A stretch of 64,000 nt of DNA from an uncultured Chloroflexia bacterium (GTDB lineage: Bacteria > Chloroflexota > Limnocylindria > QHBO01), in assembly GCA_963827475.1 (NCBI GenBank), contig CAWHAZ010000004.1, positions 201,312-265,311 of the forward strand. The letters run 5' to 3'. This document shows, piece by piece, positions 21,447 to 31,463 of the stretch. Each line of letters opens with the position of its first letter. The stretch's first letter is position 1. Below the pieces are notes generated by a model. The model saw only the letters and a list, made by a program, of their open reading frames with translations. It was not told where the DNA came from and ran no database searches. Made by a program: the position numbers and the translations under genes.

Positions 21447-22676
21447 TCAGCGGCGCGCGAAGATTCCACGCCGGTTTGGCTTGTCCTCGGTGGTGGTCGT
21501 CGTCGACGACGGGCCACCGACAAGGATCTCGGCTAGTTTCATGACGTCCCGCGACAGCGGGCTTTCGGGGTTGGAAATGATGAATGGGACGCCGCGGTTC
21601 ACGGCGAGCACGGCCAGCCGCCCGTCCGACACGATGGTCGCGTCGATCGGCCGCCGGATCGATCCCTCCACGTCGCCCATCCGGATCCCCTGGGTGGCGT
21701 CGGAGCGGTTCATCACGATCCGCAGCTTCGAGCGCTCGTAGCCCAGCTGATCCGCCACCTCGAGGAAGAGGCGGAGGTTCTTGATGGCGGTGATCTCGAG
21801 GGCGGCCATGATGACGATCTGGTCCGCGGCATCCATGATCGCCAACGAGTGATCGTTGATGCCGGACGGCAGGTCGACCACAGTGTACGCGTGCATCGTG
21901 CGGAGGTGGCCGACCACCGTCCGCAGGTAGGCGGGGGTGATGAGGTCGGCGCCTTCCGGGGTCGGCGGCGCGAGCAGCGCCTTCAGCCCGGTCGCGTGCT
22001 CGATCATCACCGACTCGACGAGGTCCGTGTCCGGCTCGCCCCCGTCGGCGAGGTCCACGATCGACCGCGTCTTGGGGTTCAGGTTGAGCAGGACCCCGAC
22101 GTCGCCGAACTGGAGGTTCGCGTCGAGCAGCGCGACCTTGGTGTTGGTCAGCTGCTTGATGGCGATGGCGAGATTGGTCGCGATCGTCGTCCGCCCGGAT
22201 CCGCCCTTGGGCGAGAAGATACCGATGACCTGGTGGTCGACATCAGGATCCGCCTCGGCCGGCACCGGTCCAGCCGGCATGGAGGCCTGGATCTGGTGGC
22301 GGCGCGCCTCCTCCCGCTCGTAGACGCGCTTGATCGTCTCGCTGAACTCGTCCGACGAGAACGGCTTGACGAGGAACTCGCGGGCGCCGGCCTGGAGCGA
22401 GCGGCGCATCTGCTCCGCCTCGCCGTGGACGCTCATCATGATGATCGCGACCGTCGGCAGGCGCTGCGAGATCAGCTCGGCGGCGGCGATGCCGTCCATG
22501 CCGGGCATGTTGATGTCCATGACGATGACGTCGGGGCGGAGGTCCATCGCCATCGTGATGGCCTCCTCCCCCGAGCTCGCCGACCCGGCCACCTCGACCG
22601 TCTGCTCGAATGCGAGCAGCTTGGTCAGGTGGTCACGAGTCTCGGCGATGTCGTCGACGATCAGGACCTTGATCAC
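21447..22676 (-). CDS. cpaE: CpaE/TadZ (receiver domain + MinD-like ATPase)
   Basis: VLIVDD..VMDINMPGMDG receiver; FSPKGGSGRTTIA deviant Walker A; DANLQFGD. Confidence 0.92.
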   Translation of the reverse strand: MIKVLIVDDIAETRDHLTKLLAFEQTVEVAGSASSGEEAITMAMDLRPDVIVMDINMPGMDGIAAAELISQRLPTVAIIMMSVHGEAEQMRRSLQAGAREFLVKPFSSDEFSETIKRVYEREEARRHQIQASMPAGPVPAEADPDVDHQVIGIFSPKGGSGRTTIATNLAIAIKQLTNTKVALLDANLQFGDVGVLLNLNPKTRSIVDLADGGEPDTDLVESVMIEHATGLKALLAPPTPEGADLITPAYLRTVVGHLRTMHAYTVVDLPSGINDHSLAIMDAADQIVIMAALEITAIKNLRLFLEVADQLGYERSKLRIVMNRSDATQGIRMGDVEGSIRRPIDATIVSDGRLAVLAVNRGVPFIISNPESPLSRDVMKLAEILVGGPSSTTTTTEDKPNRRGIFARR

Positions 22677-22705
22677 GCGGGGTGCCCTCGGCTACGCGAT
22701 CTGGA

Positions 22706-23580
22706 CTACTGGGTCTGGAGCAGAACGATGTTCGGCACCGGGACCCCGTAGGTGTCGATCAGGAGCGAGATCGTGACACCGGTCGTGGCCTCGGCCACGT
22801 CGTCATCCTGGTTCCGCAGGATGGCGGTCAGCGGTCCGGTGGAGTTCACGTCGTTCTGCGCGAGCTTGATCAGCTCGGCATCCTGGTCGTTGCCGGCGAA
22901 GATGATGATCACGCTGCTGATCTCCGGCGGGGGAGCTTCGCTCCCGTCCTGGGCCGGTGACTCCTCGCCACCCCCCTGGGCCACCGGACGCGCCTGGCTG
23001 ACGTAGATGACGCGCTTGTTCTGGAGCACGGTCTTCACGGTCAGGGCCGACTCGAGGCCGGCCACCGCCTCGAAGCGCTGCTGCTCGGGCGGGCTGTTGA
23101 CCGTCTCGATGGTCGGCTGCACAACCGGGATCCGCTGGCCCAGGACCACGTCGATGTGGTCGCCGGGCAGGATCAGGAAGTCGAGGCCGGTGACCCGGTC
23201 GACCTGGAAGGCGATGGCCTTCTCGCCCGGCAACAGGGAGCACGAGATGCACACGTCGCCGAGCACCTGCCCGACCGATTCCTGGCTGACCTGCCCCCCG
23301 GCCGCGATGTCCTGAGTGGCCTCGCGGCCGGTCAGCTGCGACGGGTCGGTGAACGGTGTCCCGACCACGGCAGCCGGGATCGACTTCAAGCGGCTCGACC
23401 ATGTCCGGGGTCACCGGGTCGCCAATGGCGATGTCCTCGGTGGCGACCATGACCCTGGCCTGGACCACTTCGGGCTCGCGCGGGGGTGCCGCTGCCCTGA
23501 AGCACGAACAGGACGCCCACGAAGGCGAGTACCGCCAGCAGGACGCCGACCAGGATCACGAGACGGTTGGATCGCTTCAC
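22706..23580 (-). CDS. cpaB: Flp pilus assembly protein CpaB/RcpC (frameshifted)
   Basis: N-terminal TM, SAF-like V.VA.EDI..G, L.PGEKAIA..VD.V.G....I.PGDH.DV, TVLQN. Confidence 0.85.
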
Positions 23581-23622
23581 GGGGAGCGTCTCCTCTGTGT
23601 GAATCGGGTGTGGATAAGTGCA

Positions 23623-23649
23623 CGCAGCATTGTGACTGCGGTCAACAGT
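23623..23649 (-). promoter_or_regulatory. Conserved 27-bp box (TTGACC -35 overlapping a CRP/FNR-like palindrome) upstream of cpaB
   Basis: 22/27 identical to 27152..27178; TGTGA-N6-TCAAC. Confidence 0.55.
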
Positions 23650-23757
23650 CTACGCACGGCGTCCAGCGCGTTCGACTGGACTTGTGGGCTAGGTGAAGGG
23701 GGGTACTCGTCGGGAATTGGCGGACCCTCGGCCACGTCCCGCCCCCTGGTTTCAAGG

Positions 23758-23792
23758 ACAACGCCCCCGGGCCGGAGCCCGGGGGCGTCGTT
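23758..23792 (-). terminator. Stem-loop after flp
   Basis: ACGCCCCCGGGC/GCCCGGGGGCGT inverted repeat 17 nt downstream of the flp stop. Confidence 0.7.
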
Positions 23793-23808
23793 CGCAGTGG
23801 CGCCTGAC

Positions 23809-23988
23809 CTACTGGAGGTTCTGGGCGACGTTGCTGAAGATCTGGCTCACGATCGGGCCAAGGAACAGAAGGGCCACGATCACGATGATCGCAATCAGGG
23901 CCAGGAGCAGACCGTACTCAACGAGGGTCTGTCCTTCCTCGTCTTCCCGAGAGAAGCGAGCGAGAAAAGAGCTGATGAACTGAAGCAT
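23809..23988 (-). CDS. flp: Flp-family type IVb major pilin (59 aa)
   Basis: Manual translation MLQFISSFLARFSREDEEG|QTLVEYGLLLALIAIIVIVALLFLGPIVSQIFSNVAQNLQ; AGGAGG RBS at 24001-24006. Confidence 0.95.
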   Translation of the reverse strand: MLQFISSFLARFSREDEEGQTLVEYGLLLALIAIIVIVALLFLGPIVSQIFSNVAQNLQ

Positions 23989-24095
23989 GCTTTGCAGGTA
24001 CCTCCTTTCCTCGAGGATTGGGCGACGGAAATGTAGGGCCGAGACGGGACTGTGAATATGACCCGTTCGTCCTACGAGACCTCCGCAGGCTCGGT

Positions 24096-24124
24096 ACCTT
24101 GAGCGACCACCTGTGCCTTGTCAA
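24096..24124 (-). promoter_or_regulatory. Putative sigma70-type flp promoter
   Basis: TTGACA-N17-CAAGGT on the minus strand, about 100 nt upstream of flp. Confidence 0.5.
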
Positions 24125-24174
24125 GGGCCCGGGACCGGCACGCTGACGCCATGACGATTCCTGAATCCAGACAC

Positions 24175-24210
24175 CATGAGAGCCGCGCCTGCTGCTGCGC
24201 GGCTCTCATG
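24175..24210. terminator. Perfect 14-bp stem-loop (terminator or end of an sRNA)
   Basis: CATGAGAGCCGCGC-N8-GCGCGGCTCTCATG. Confidence 0.6.
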
Positions 24211-24385
24211 TACCGGAGGAGGAGCCCGAGGGCTACCCGGCCTCTGTCACCGGACCCTCACCGGATGAAGGCCCTCCCGGATAACCCGGGAGGACGTGGC
24301 CGGATGGTGCGACGGCGTCGGCGGTCCGAAATGGAACTCCAGTACCGATCGGCACCGGACGATGGCACGGATGAGCTCGCAGAGC

Positions 24386-25150
24386 TCAGGGTCTCAGGAG
24401 CAGCAGGCCGGTACCGCGACACGCCATCAGGAAGTATTGGGGTAAGAGGAACGGCGACATCACGAGGCCGGCAAGTGCCGCGACAGACGCCGATCCCTTC
24501 CAGACAATGAGCGTGGCGAGCGGAATGCTGATGAGAACCATGCGTTTCCGAAGATCCTGCCTAGCCCATACGAGAAGGACTCGTAGGTCAGCGACGCGGA
24601 CCCGACAGGGACACGAGCCATTCCTCCGCCAGGCCAGAAGCGGCGAGGCCCACGAGCTGGACGAGGGCGATGGCCAGCGCCGGAACCCGGATGTCGGGGC
24701 GGTAGACACAGCCAGATCGCCAGCGGGATCTGGACCGGCCGGGGCATCAGCAGGGTCAGCGCGATGAAGATCAGGGCCCCGACGCGGGAGCCCGCGATGG
24801 CAACGCCGCGGCTACCGCGACGAACGTGAAGACGTTGCCGACGATGAGGTCGATCCAGAAGAACACGCTGAAGCCGACGAGCACAGCGTCAGACGGCCGA
24901 GCCGGGCCAGCGGCATCAACGCCACGAGTGGGCACGCCGAGCGCGATCGGTCCACCGAGACGAGGACGCCCACGGCCGGGATCAGGAGCGGCGAGTAGCG
25001 CCACGGGTGGTCGTAGACGGCCTGCCCCAGGACTCGAGTGGCCACCAGGCCGTCGCCCAGTCAGCGTTCGGCGCCGGTCGGAGCAGGATCAGGAGGGCGA
25101 GGTTCGCGAGGGCGTCAGCCGTGCGAGCAACCAGAACTCGCGGCGGACCG
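24386..25150 (-). CDS. GT87/DUF2029-like membrane glycosyltransferase (heavily frameshifted)
   Basis: PAPNADWAT.WW, WRYSP, WID.I.GN.FTFV, MPRPVQIPLA; paralog of 32369..33234. Confidence 0.65.
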
Positions 25151-25222
25151 CCGGATCGGCACCCTGAGGCCGCGAGCAGTCGAGACGCGTCGGGGCGACC
25201 CGCCGCGCGCCCGGACCATCGG

Positions 25223-26032
25223 TCAGTCCTCGGGAAGCTTGATCCAGCCCTGGCGCATGGCATAGACCACGGCCTGGGTGCGGTCGTTCACGCTCAGCTT
25301 GCGGAGAATGGACGACATGTGGTTCTTCACCGTCTGCTCGCTGATGCCCAGGGTGTAGGCGACCTGCTTGTTGGTCATGCCCTGGGCGATGTTGTCCAGG
25401 ATCTCCACCTCGCGCGGTGAGAGCGGGGCGAAGATCGGCTGCGCGTCCGACCCGTAGACGGCCAGCTCGCGGAACTCCTTCAGGACGCGGCTGGCGACGG
25501 CCGGCCGGCTGAAGACCTTGTCGTTGATGAGGTACTCGCCGGAACGAACCCGGCGGATGATGGCGACCAGGTCGGTCGGGTCGATGTCCTTGAGGACATA
25601 GGCCGCCGCCCCCGCCTTGATGGCGTCGAACAGCTGGTCCTCGTCGTCGCCGCCGGCCAGCACGATGACCCCGGTGTGGGGCAGCTCGCGCTTGATGCGC
25701 TGGGTGGTCTCGATGCCGTTCGGTGCCGGCAGGGTGAGGTCCATGAGGACCACGTCCGGCGTGAGCTCCTCGACCACGGCGATGGCCTCGCGGCCACTCC
25801 CCGCCTCGCCAACGACGGTCATGTCCGCCTCGAGGTCGAGGATGTTGCGCACGCCCCGTCGGAACAGGGTGTGGGTGTCCACGATCACGATGCGGGTCTT
25901 CTCGGTCGGCACCCGCCGGTCACGCCCGGTGCGCCGTTCCTTCGCGGTTTCCTCGGTCGCCTCGGCGGCCTGGGTGGTGTCCTTCTCGGCCTCAGCCGTT
26001 GCTCGTGCCACGTTCTCCTCCTTGACCTTCAC
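25223..26032 (-). CDS. NarL/LuxR-family response regulator, DegU-like
   Basis: H.LFR.GV..IL, VVLMDL, LS.RE.EIL, ISEQTVKNHMSSIL.KL.VNDRTQAVV.A...GW resembling DegU. Confidence 0.92.
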   Translation of the reverse strand: MKVKEENVARATAEAEKDTTQAAEATEETAKERRTGRDRRVPTEKTRIVIVDTHTLFRRGVRNILDLEADMTVVGEAGSGREAIAVVEELTPDVVLMDLTLPAPNGIETTQRIKRELPHTGVIVLAGGDDEDQLFDAIKAGAAAYVLKDIDPTDLVAIIRRVRSGEYLINDKVFSRPAVASRVLKEFRELAVYGSDAQPIFAPLSPREVEILDNIAQGMTNKQVAYTLGISEQTVKNHMSSILRKLSVNDRTQAVVYAMRQGWIKLPED

Positions 26033-26046
26033 TCCGCCCCCGGATG

Positions 26047-27093
26047 CTAGCGACTGGGCTCGGGGAGACGGAGCAGAATCCGCGTCCCTTCGCCCTGCCG
26101 CGATTCAATCTGCAGCTCCGACCCCATCAGCTCGGCGCGCTCGCGCATGAACTGGAGGCCGAAGTTGCGGGTGGCCCCGGTCGCCAGGCGCATGACGTCG
26201 AAGCCACGGCCGTTGTCGGCGATCACGAGGCGGTTGCTCTCGAGACTGATGCGGACCTCCGTCGCGGCCGCGTGCTTGCGGACGTTCTGGAGGGCTTCCT
26301 GGGTGATGCGCAGGACCGATGCCCGGGCCGCCGCCGACAGGCCGGCGTCGATGCCGTCGACCTCGACCGTGACGGTGATGCCGTTCCGGTCCTCGAACTC
26401 GCTGGCCGCGTCGCGCAGGGCGGCGGCCAGGCCGACCTCGACCGCCGGCGGCCGCAGGGTGGCGATGAAGCCGCGGACCTCCTCCAGCCCGTCGCGGAGC
26501 ATGCTCCGCAGGAGCGCGAGCTCGGTCCGGGCCTGGGCGCTGGTCGCGGTCCGGGCGGTCCCGGCGGCGGCCGCTCCGGCCACCACCCGGTCGAGGTACT
26601 CGACCTGGAAGATGGCGTTGGTCAGGACCTGGGCCGGACCGTCATGGATCTCCTCCGCCAGCCGCTGCCGCTCCTGCTCCTGGGCCTGGATGATGCGCAG
26701 GGCGGTGGCCGCGGCCGAGTCGTCGGTGGTGTCGAGCATCGGCTCGCTGGCGCCGGCGTCGGTGGAGGACAGGTAGCGGACGAGGAGGTCGAGCTGGCGC
26801 TCGGCGACCTCCAGCCGCTTCATCTTGTGCTGGACGTCGGCGAGCTCGCGGACGACCGACTCGTGCTCGATGCGGAGCGGATCGGTCTCGTCGAGGGACA
26901 CGCCGCCGCCGTTGGTGTTGTGCTCGAGGCGGGCGCGGAGCTGGAGCCAGGTGCCGAGCCGTCGGCGGTACAGCGCCCGACTGCCCTCCGCCAGCCGATG
27001 GAGACGGCGAGCGGCACGCCCCAGGCTGTCAGCAGCCTGGGCGTTGAGGCGGTCAATCTGGACGACGCCGTTGCGATCGGCGGTCTGGGCCAC
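26047..27093 (-). CDS. Cytoplasmic HisKA_3 sensor kinase, DegS-like
   Basis: No TM, coiled-coil N-terminus; IIQAQE.ER.RLA.EIHDGPAQ.L.N, QEAL.NV.KHA, DNGRGF, FGL..MRER; GTG start inferred. Confidence 0.9.
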   Translation of the reverse strand: MAQTADRNGVVQIDRLNAQAADSLGRAARRLHRLAEGSRALYRRRLGTWLQLRARLEHNTNGGGVSLDETDPLRIEHESVVRELADVQHKMKRLEVAERQLDLLVRYLSSTDAGASEPMLDTTDDSAAATALRIIQAQEQERQRLAEEIHDGPAQVLTNAIFQVEYLDRVVAGAAAAGTARTATSAQARTELALLRSMLRDGLEEVRGFIATLRPPAVEVGLAAALRDAASEFEDRNGITVTVEVDGIDAGLSAAARASVLRITQEALQNVRKHAAATEVRISLESNRLVIADNGRGFDVMRLATGATRNFGLQFMRERAELMGSELQIESRQGEGTRILLRLPEPSR

Positions 27094-27151
27094 GGCAAAC
27101 CCTCGTGAAGTACCAGCGCCCGGCTGGTACCGGACTCGTGGGCCATCCTCC

Positions 27152-27178
27152 CGTCGCACTGTGCGTGCGGTCAACAGT
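27152..27178 (-). promoter_or_regulatory. Conserved 27-bp box upstream of the DegS-like kinase
   Basis: 22/27 identical to 23623..23649. Confidence 0.55.
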
Positions 27179-27214
27179 ACTAAGGAGCCGGAAGTACTAG
27201 TCCTCCGCTCCGCG

Positions 27215-28790
27215 TCAGTCGCGACGGGCTGAGCAATGGTGGCTCCCGGCCCGTCGTAGACGACCTCGTAGAACGGGCTGTCCGAGACCGTCTCGCGGAG
27301 TGCCGGGCAGCAGTCTGGAGGTGACAGCGGGCCGTTGACCTGGCCCTTGGGAATGAACAGCCACGCGTCGGCGAAGCCGGCGGCTGCCGCCCAGTCGACC
27401 ATGCACTGGGCACTCGGCGCGGGTGCAGGTCAGGACGTCGACGTGCCGCCGCCGCTGGGCGGCGAAGCCGTCGCGCGCCGAGCCATTCGCTGCCCTGGAC
27501 CGTGGCCACGCTCTGGCGGCCGGCCACGGCCGGGAACCACTCGCTGATCTCGTCGAACGCCCCAGACGCACGGTGCTGGCGACGATGAACCGGGCGTCCG
27601 GATCGGTCTCGGTCGCGACCCAGGTCATGGCCGTCGCCTGATCCTGACGCTCACCCGCTGCAGCCGCGACGTCTCGTCCACAGCCGACGCCCACGCTGCT
27701 GATCAGCGCCAGGAAGAGCGCGGCGGCCGCGATGGCGATCCGCGGCGGTTCGATCCACCGACTCGCGCGCGGGCCCGATCCCGGTCGACGAGGAAGCCGC
27801 ACGCCCAGCTCCGGCCAGGAGGGACCAGGGGAGGGCGGCCATGAATGACGGCTCCGGCCTCGCCGGCGAGGACGAGGCAGGCGAGCAGCGCGGACAGCGC
27901 GGAATCCCGGCGCGGCGAGCTCGACCACCAGGCCCGAGCACGCCGAACACGAGGAAGAGGTCGGCGAAGGCGGCGCCCGAGAAGTTCAGCCCAAGGAGAC
28001 TCGATGACGCCGAGCACCGGGTCCCACCGGTGGCCGGCGGCGAACGAGCGCGCCCGAGCCGTGTCGGCTGCGACGGCCACGACCCACGGAAGCACGACAA
28101 GGACGACCAGCGCGGCATGACACCGGCGACGACCACCGAGCGGACGGCCGGCCACGACCTCGACCGGGGCGGTAGGCGAGGACGGCCGAGCCGGCGGCCG
28201 CCAACACGGCCCGCTTGCGGGTGGGACAGAGCCGGACAGGCCGAGCGAGGACGCCCAGCCCCACCGACGCGCGGCCGGGAGCAGACCTTCGGGAGGCGGC
28301 CGCCACGCCATGGCGCAGGCATGCGCGAACAGGAGACCCGTTCCGCGGGTGACGCCGCCGCCGGCGACGATCCCGTCGAAGGCGTGCGGCATCAGCGCGT
28401 AGGTCGACGAGCCGCCACCGACGGCCGCCAGCGGGCGGAAGGACCCGGAACCGCGAGGACGGCGAACGCCGCCGAGAGTCAGCCAGCGACAGACCGAAGG
28501 CGACAGGATCCGGACCACCTCCAGGCTGCTCGGCCCCGGTCAGCGTCCGCCGATGACAGCGGCGCGCGTACAACGCCGAGGGGCGGGTACACGAACGGAA
28601 GGTCGAGCGTGGTTGTAGGTGGTGACCTGCCGGGAGCGCGAGCCGGACGCGTCGCGGAGGTCGTCGACCATGACCACGATCAGGCCGCCATCCCGCGGCG
28701 TCAGGGGCCCCTCGACAGCCGGCAGGAGACGGACCAGTGCGCCGAGACCGAGGGCCACGCTAGCGCAGAACAGCGATCGATCGACTGCAT
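27215..28790 (-). CDS. GT-C (GT39/ArnT-like) membrane protein (frameshifted)
   Basis: DGGL, PF.YPP, GGGVTR, EWFP..AGR.SVATVQGSEWLG, DCC; paralog of 38430..40031. Confidence 0.65.
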
Positions 28791-30418
28791 AGATCCGGAC
28801 GCCCTCGCATCGAAGACGCGGATCGCAGCTCCGTCGGCCTCGAAGACCGGCTCGCAGCCGAGCCAGGTGGCGGGATTTCCCTCGCTGTCCGTCGCCGCGC
28901 AGCCATCCCACAGTCCCAGTGGATCGGTCGTCGCGTCCTCCCGCAGGGTGATGAGCACCAGGCGGACGTCGTAGGCGCGGACGACCTCCTCGATGACCGG
29001 GTACGGGTCGAACGGCGCGGCCACGCCGGGATTGGCGGTGAGGTGCCACAGGGACGACGGGTCGCCGTACATCACGGTGACATCGGTCTGGCCGGACTCC
29101 TCAGGTAGGCAGCGGCCGCCAGCTCGCGCTGGTGCGAGGTGTCCCACAGGCGGTAGAGCGCCACCGAGCCGGCGACCGACAGGACCACGGCGCCGACCAG
29201 GGCGGCGACCTCCACGAACCGATGGGTCGGCGGTCGGGCCAGGAACTTCCACCCGCGGCCGAGGACGGTGAGCGTGGGGCCGGCGGCGGCGACGGCCATC
29301 GGGAAGGCGAACGGCAGCCAGGCCGCGGCCGAGTGGTAGTACGCGCCGTGCGGGGCGTGGAAGGTGAAGATCAGGCCCATGGCCACGAACATCACCACCC
29401 AGTAGGCGATGAACGGCGCGGTCTCCGCGCGCCACCGCTCCCGCCACAGGCCGGCGAAGAAGAAGAAGCCGAAGATCCCGCCCAGCAGGACGACCGTCCG
29501 CCAGCCGATCTCCCACCACGCCACGATCTTGGAGCCGATGATGTTCACCAGCCCCCACTCGAGGTAGGTGGCGGGCGACGGATTGGCGCTGATCGAGAAC
29601 TGCTCGTTGTAGCTGGTGATCCACAGGGTGTGGCCGCCGGCCGAGGGGAAGGCCGACCCGAAGGTCGCCAGGTTGCGGCCGAGCCAGGGCGCCATGACCG
29701 CCAGACCGATGAGCCCGGCCAGCAGCAGAGCGCCCACTCCAAGCCGCCTGGCCCCCACACCGGACCACGGCCCCCAGCCGCGGTCGACGAGGAACGCCGT
29801 CGCGGGGGCCGCGGCCAGGAGCAGGCCGTCGACCCGGGCCAGGGTGGCGAGTCCGACCGCCGCGCCGGAGACGAGGAGCCAGGTTGTCGAGCGGCCGGGC
29901 CGGGTGGCGCGGATGGCGGCCCAGATGGCCGCTGCCCCGGCGGCGCCGAAGACGGCGAAGTTGTCGACCGTCGGATACATGATCAGGAGCGGCCCGGCGA
30001 AGATCGCGAGGAGGGCGGCCAGGACGGCGACCCGGCGCGACTGGTACAGGTCGATCCCGACCAGGTAGGTGAACGGGACGAGGGCGACGCCCAGGGCGAG
30101 GATCGGCAGCTGGCCGGCGCGCAGCTCCGGCCCGAGGAGGGCCATCCCGGCCGCGGCCACGATCGAGGTCAGCGGCATCCAGTGCCCGTTGCTCGGGACG
30201 GGGAGCATCGGATCGGCGGGGAGGCTGCCGCCGACCTCGAGGAAGGACCACAGCACCGGCGCGATGAAGCCGTGGCCGGTGGCGAGCTGCTCGGCCACCA
30301 TCGCGTAGTAGGCTGGATCGGTATAGGGGGAGTAGTCGATCGCGAGAGCGGCCGCGATCCGCGCGACCAGCGCCGCGGCGGTCAGCAGCAGCAGGTCGGA
30401 GCCGCGGGGCCGAATCAT
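28790..30418 (-). CDS. GT39/ArnT/PMT-like glycosyltransferase (frameshift ~29100)
   Basis: TDPAYY..VA..L..G.G, W.PL.S, GLA.LAR.DG, PW..RN...FG; ~11 TM plus C-terminal extracellular domain; 3' end approximate. Confidence 0.75.
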
Positions 30419-31315
30419 GGGCGTGGCGCGGGCGACATCGCGGGTGAGTCTATCGTGGCATGACGGCCCGAACGGGCTGCCATCTTTGCCCCTCGCCGGC
30501 GTACTTGTGGCGCTCGCGTGCCTGAGCCTGTGGGTCTCGTGGCCCACGATCGTGGCCGTCTTCGACGGCTCGTACGCCTTCGACTGGGCGAACTTCATCG
30601 AGGCCGGCGAGCGCTTCGGCACCGGCACCCTGTACGAGGTCGACCCGCCCTACGCCTTCCGCTGGTCGCCGGTGGCGGCGTGGCTCCTCGGTTTCGTGAC
30701 CCTCATGCCGCTGTGGCTGTGGCAGGTCCTGCACCTCGCCGTCCTGCCCCTGCTCCGTTCGTGGCTGCTGGTCGCCGCGGTCCTGGTCAGCTACCCGTTC
30801 TGGTTCGACGTCCAGACCGGCAACCTGATGACCTTCGTGGCGGTGCTCGGCGTCCTCGCGCTCCGCGGCGGACGGGTGGCCACCGCCACGTTCCTGGTCC
30901 TGACCGTCCTCATCCCGCGGCCGCTGATGCTTCCCCTCGCCGTCTGGCTGCTGTGGCAGCGCCCGGCCACCCGGCTGCCGTTCGCCGCGTTCTTCGTCGC
31001 CCATGCCGCGGTCGTGGTCGCGCTCGGCTACGGCGCGGAGTGGCTGGCGGCCCTCACCTCGGTCCAGGCCGAGCTGGGGAACGCCTACAACTTCGGCCCG
31101 TCGCGCTTCATCGGGGCGCTGTGGATCCCCATCGGCCTGGCGCTCGCCGCGTGGCTGACCTGGCGTGGCCGGCTGGGGCTCGCCAGCGTGGCGATCAGCC
31201 CGTACTGGCTGCCGTACTACTTCCTGATGCTGCTCCTGGAGTTCGCGCCGCCCAAGACATGCGTTCGACGAAAGTCCTCCCCGGGTACTACCGCAAAAGC
31301 GCGGAATCCGGCTAA
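30417..31315 (+). CDS. GT87/DUF2029-like glycosyltransferase
   Basis: DW..F.EA, LY...FRWSP, FWFD..TGN, PRPLM.PL, ISPYWLPYY; both ends approximate. Confidence 0.72.
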
Positions 31316-31463
31316 TCTGCGCCGACCGGGCTGCCCGATATCGCCCGGAACGGAGGGAGGCCAGGATCGGCAGTCCAGGCGCTGCGGCCCGCAGCGCTGC
31401 GCAGGCAGTTACCCACACTGCGGCGCGACAGGAAGACGCATCGAAGGCGCCGTCGCCATTGGT

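Noticed and set aside
11834-22751. Long plus-strand ORFs (e.g. 11834..14284, 14336..16528, 20045..21421)
   Set aside because: Antisense shadows of genuine minus-strand genes, typical of high-GC DNA; no motifs
27090-27150. GGCAAACC resembling the start of a c-di-GMP-I riboswitch
   Set aside because: It lacks the GNRA loop/receptor and GACGCAAAGC core, and lies on the strand opposite to the adjacent genes
26047-27402. 451-aa ORF joining a GT C-terminus to the DegS-like kinase
   Set aside because: The N-terminal part matches the end of paralog 38430..40031 and reads through a promoter-like spacer; frameshift artefact
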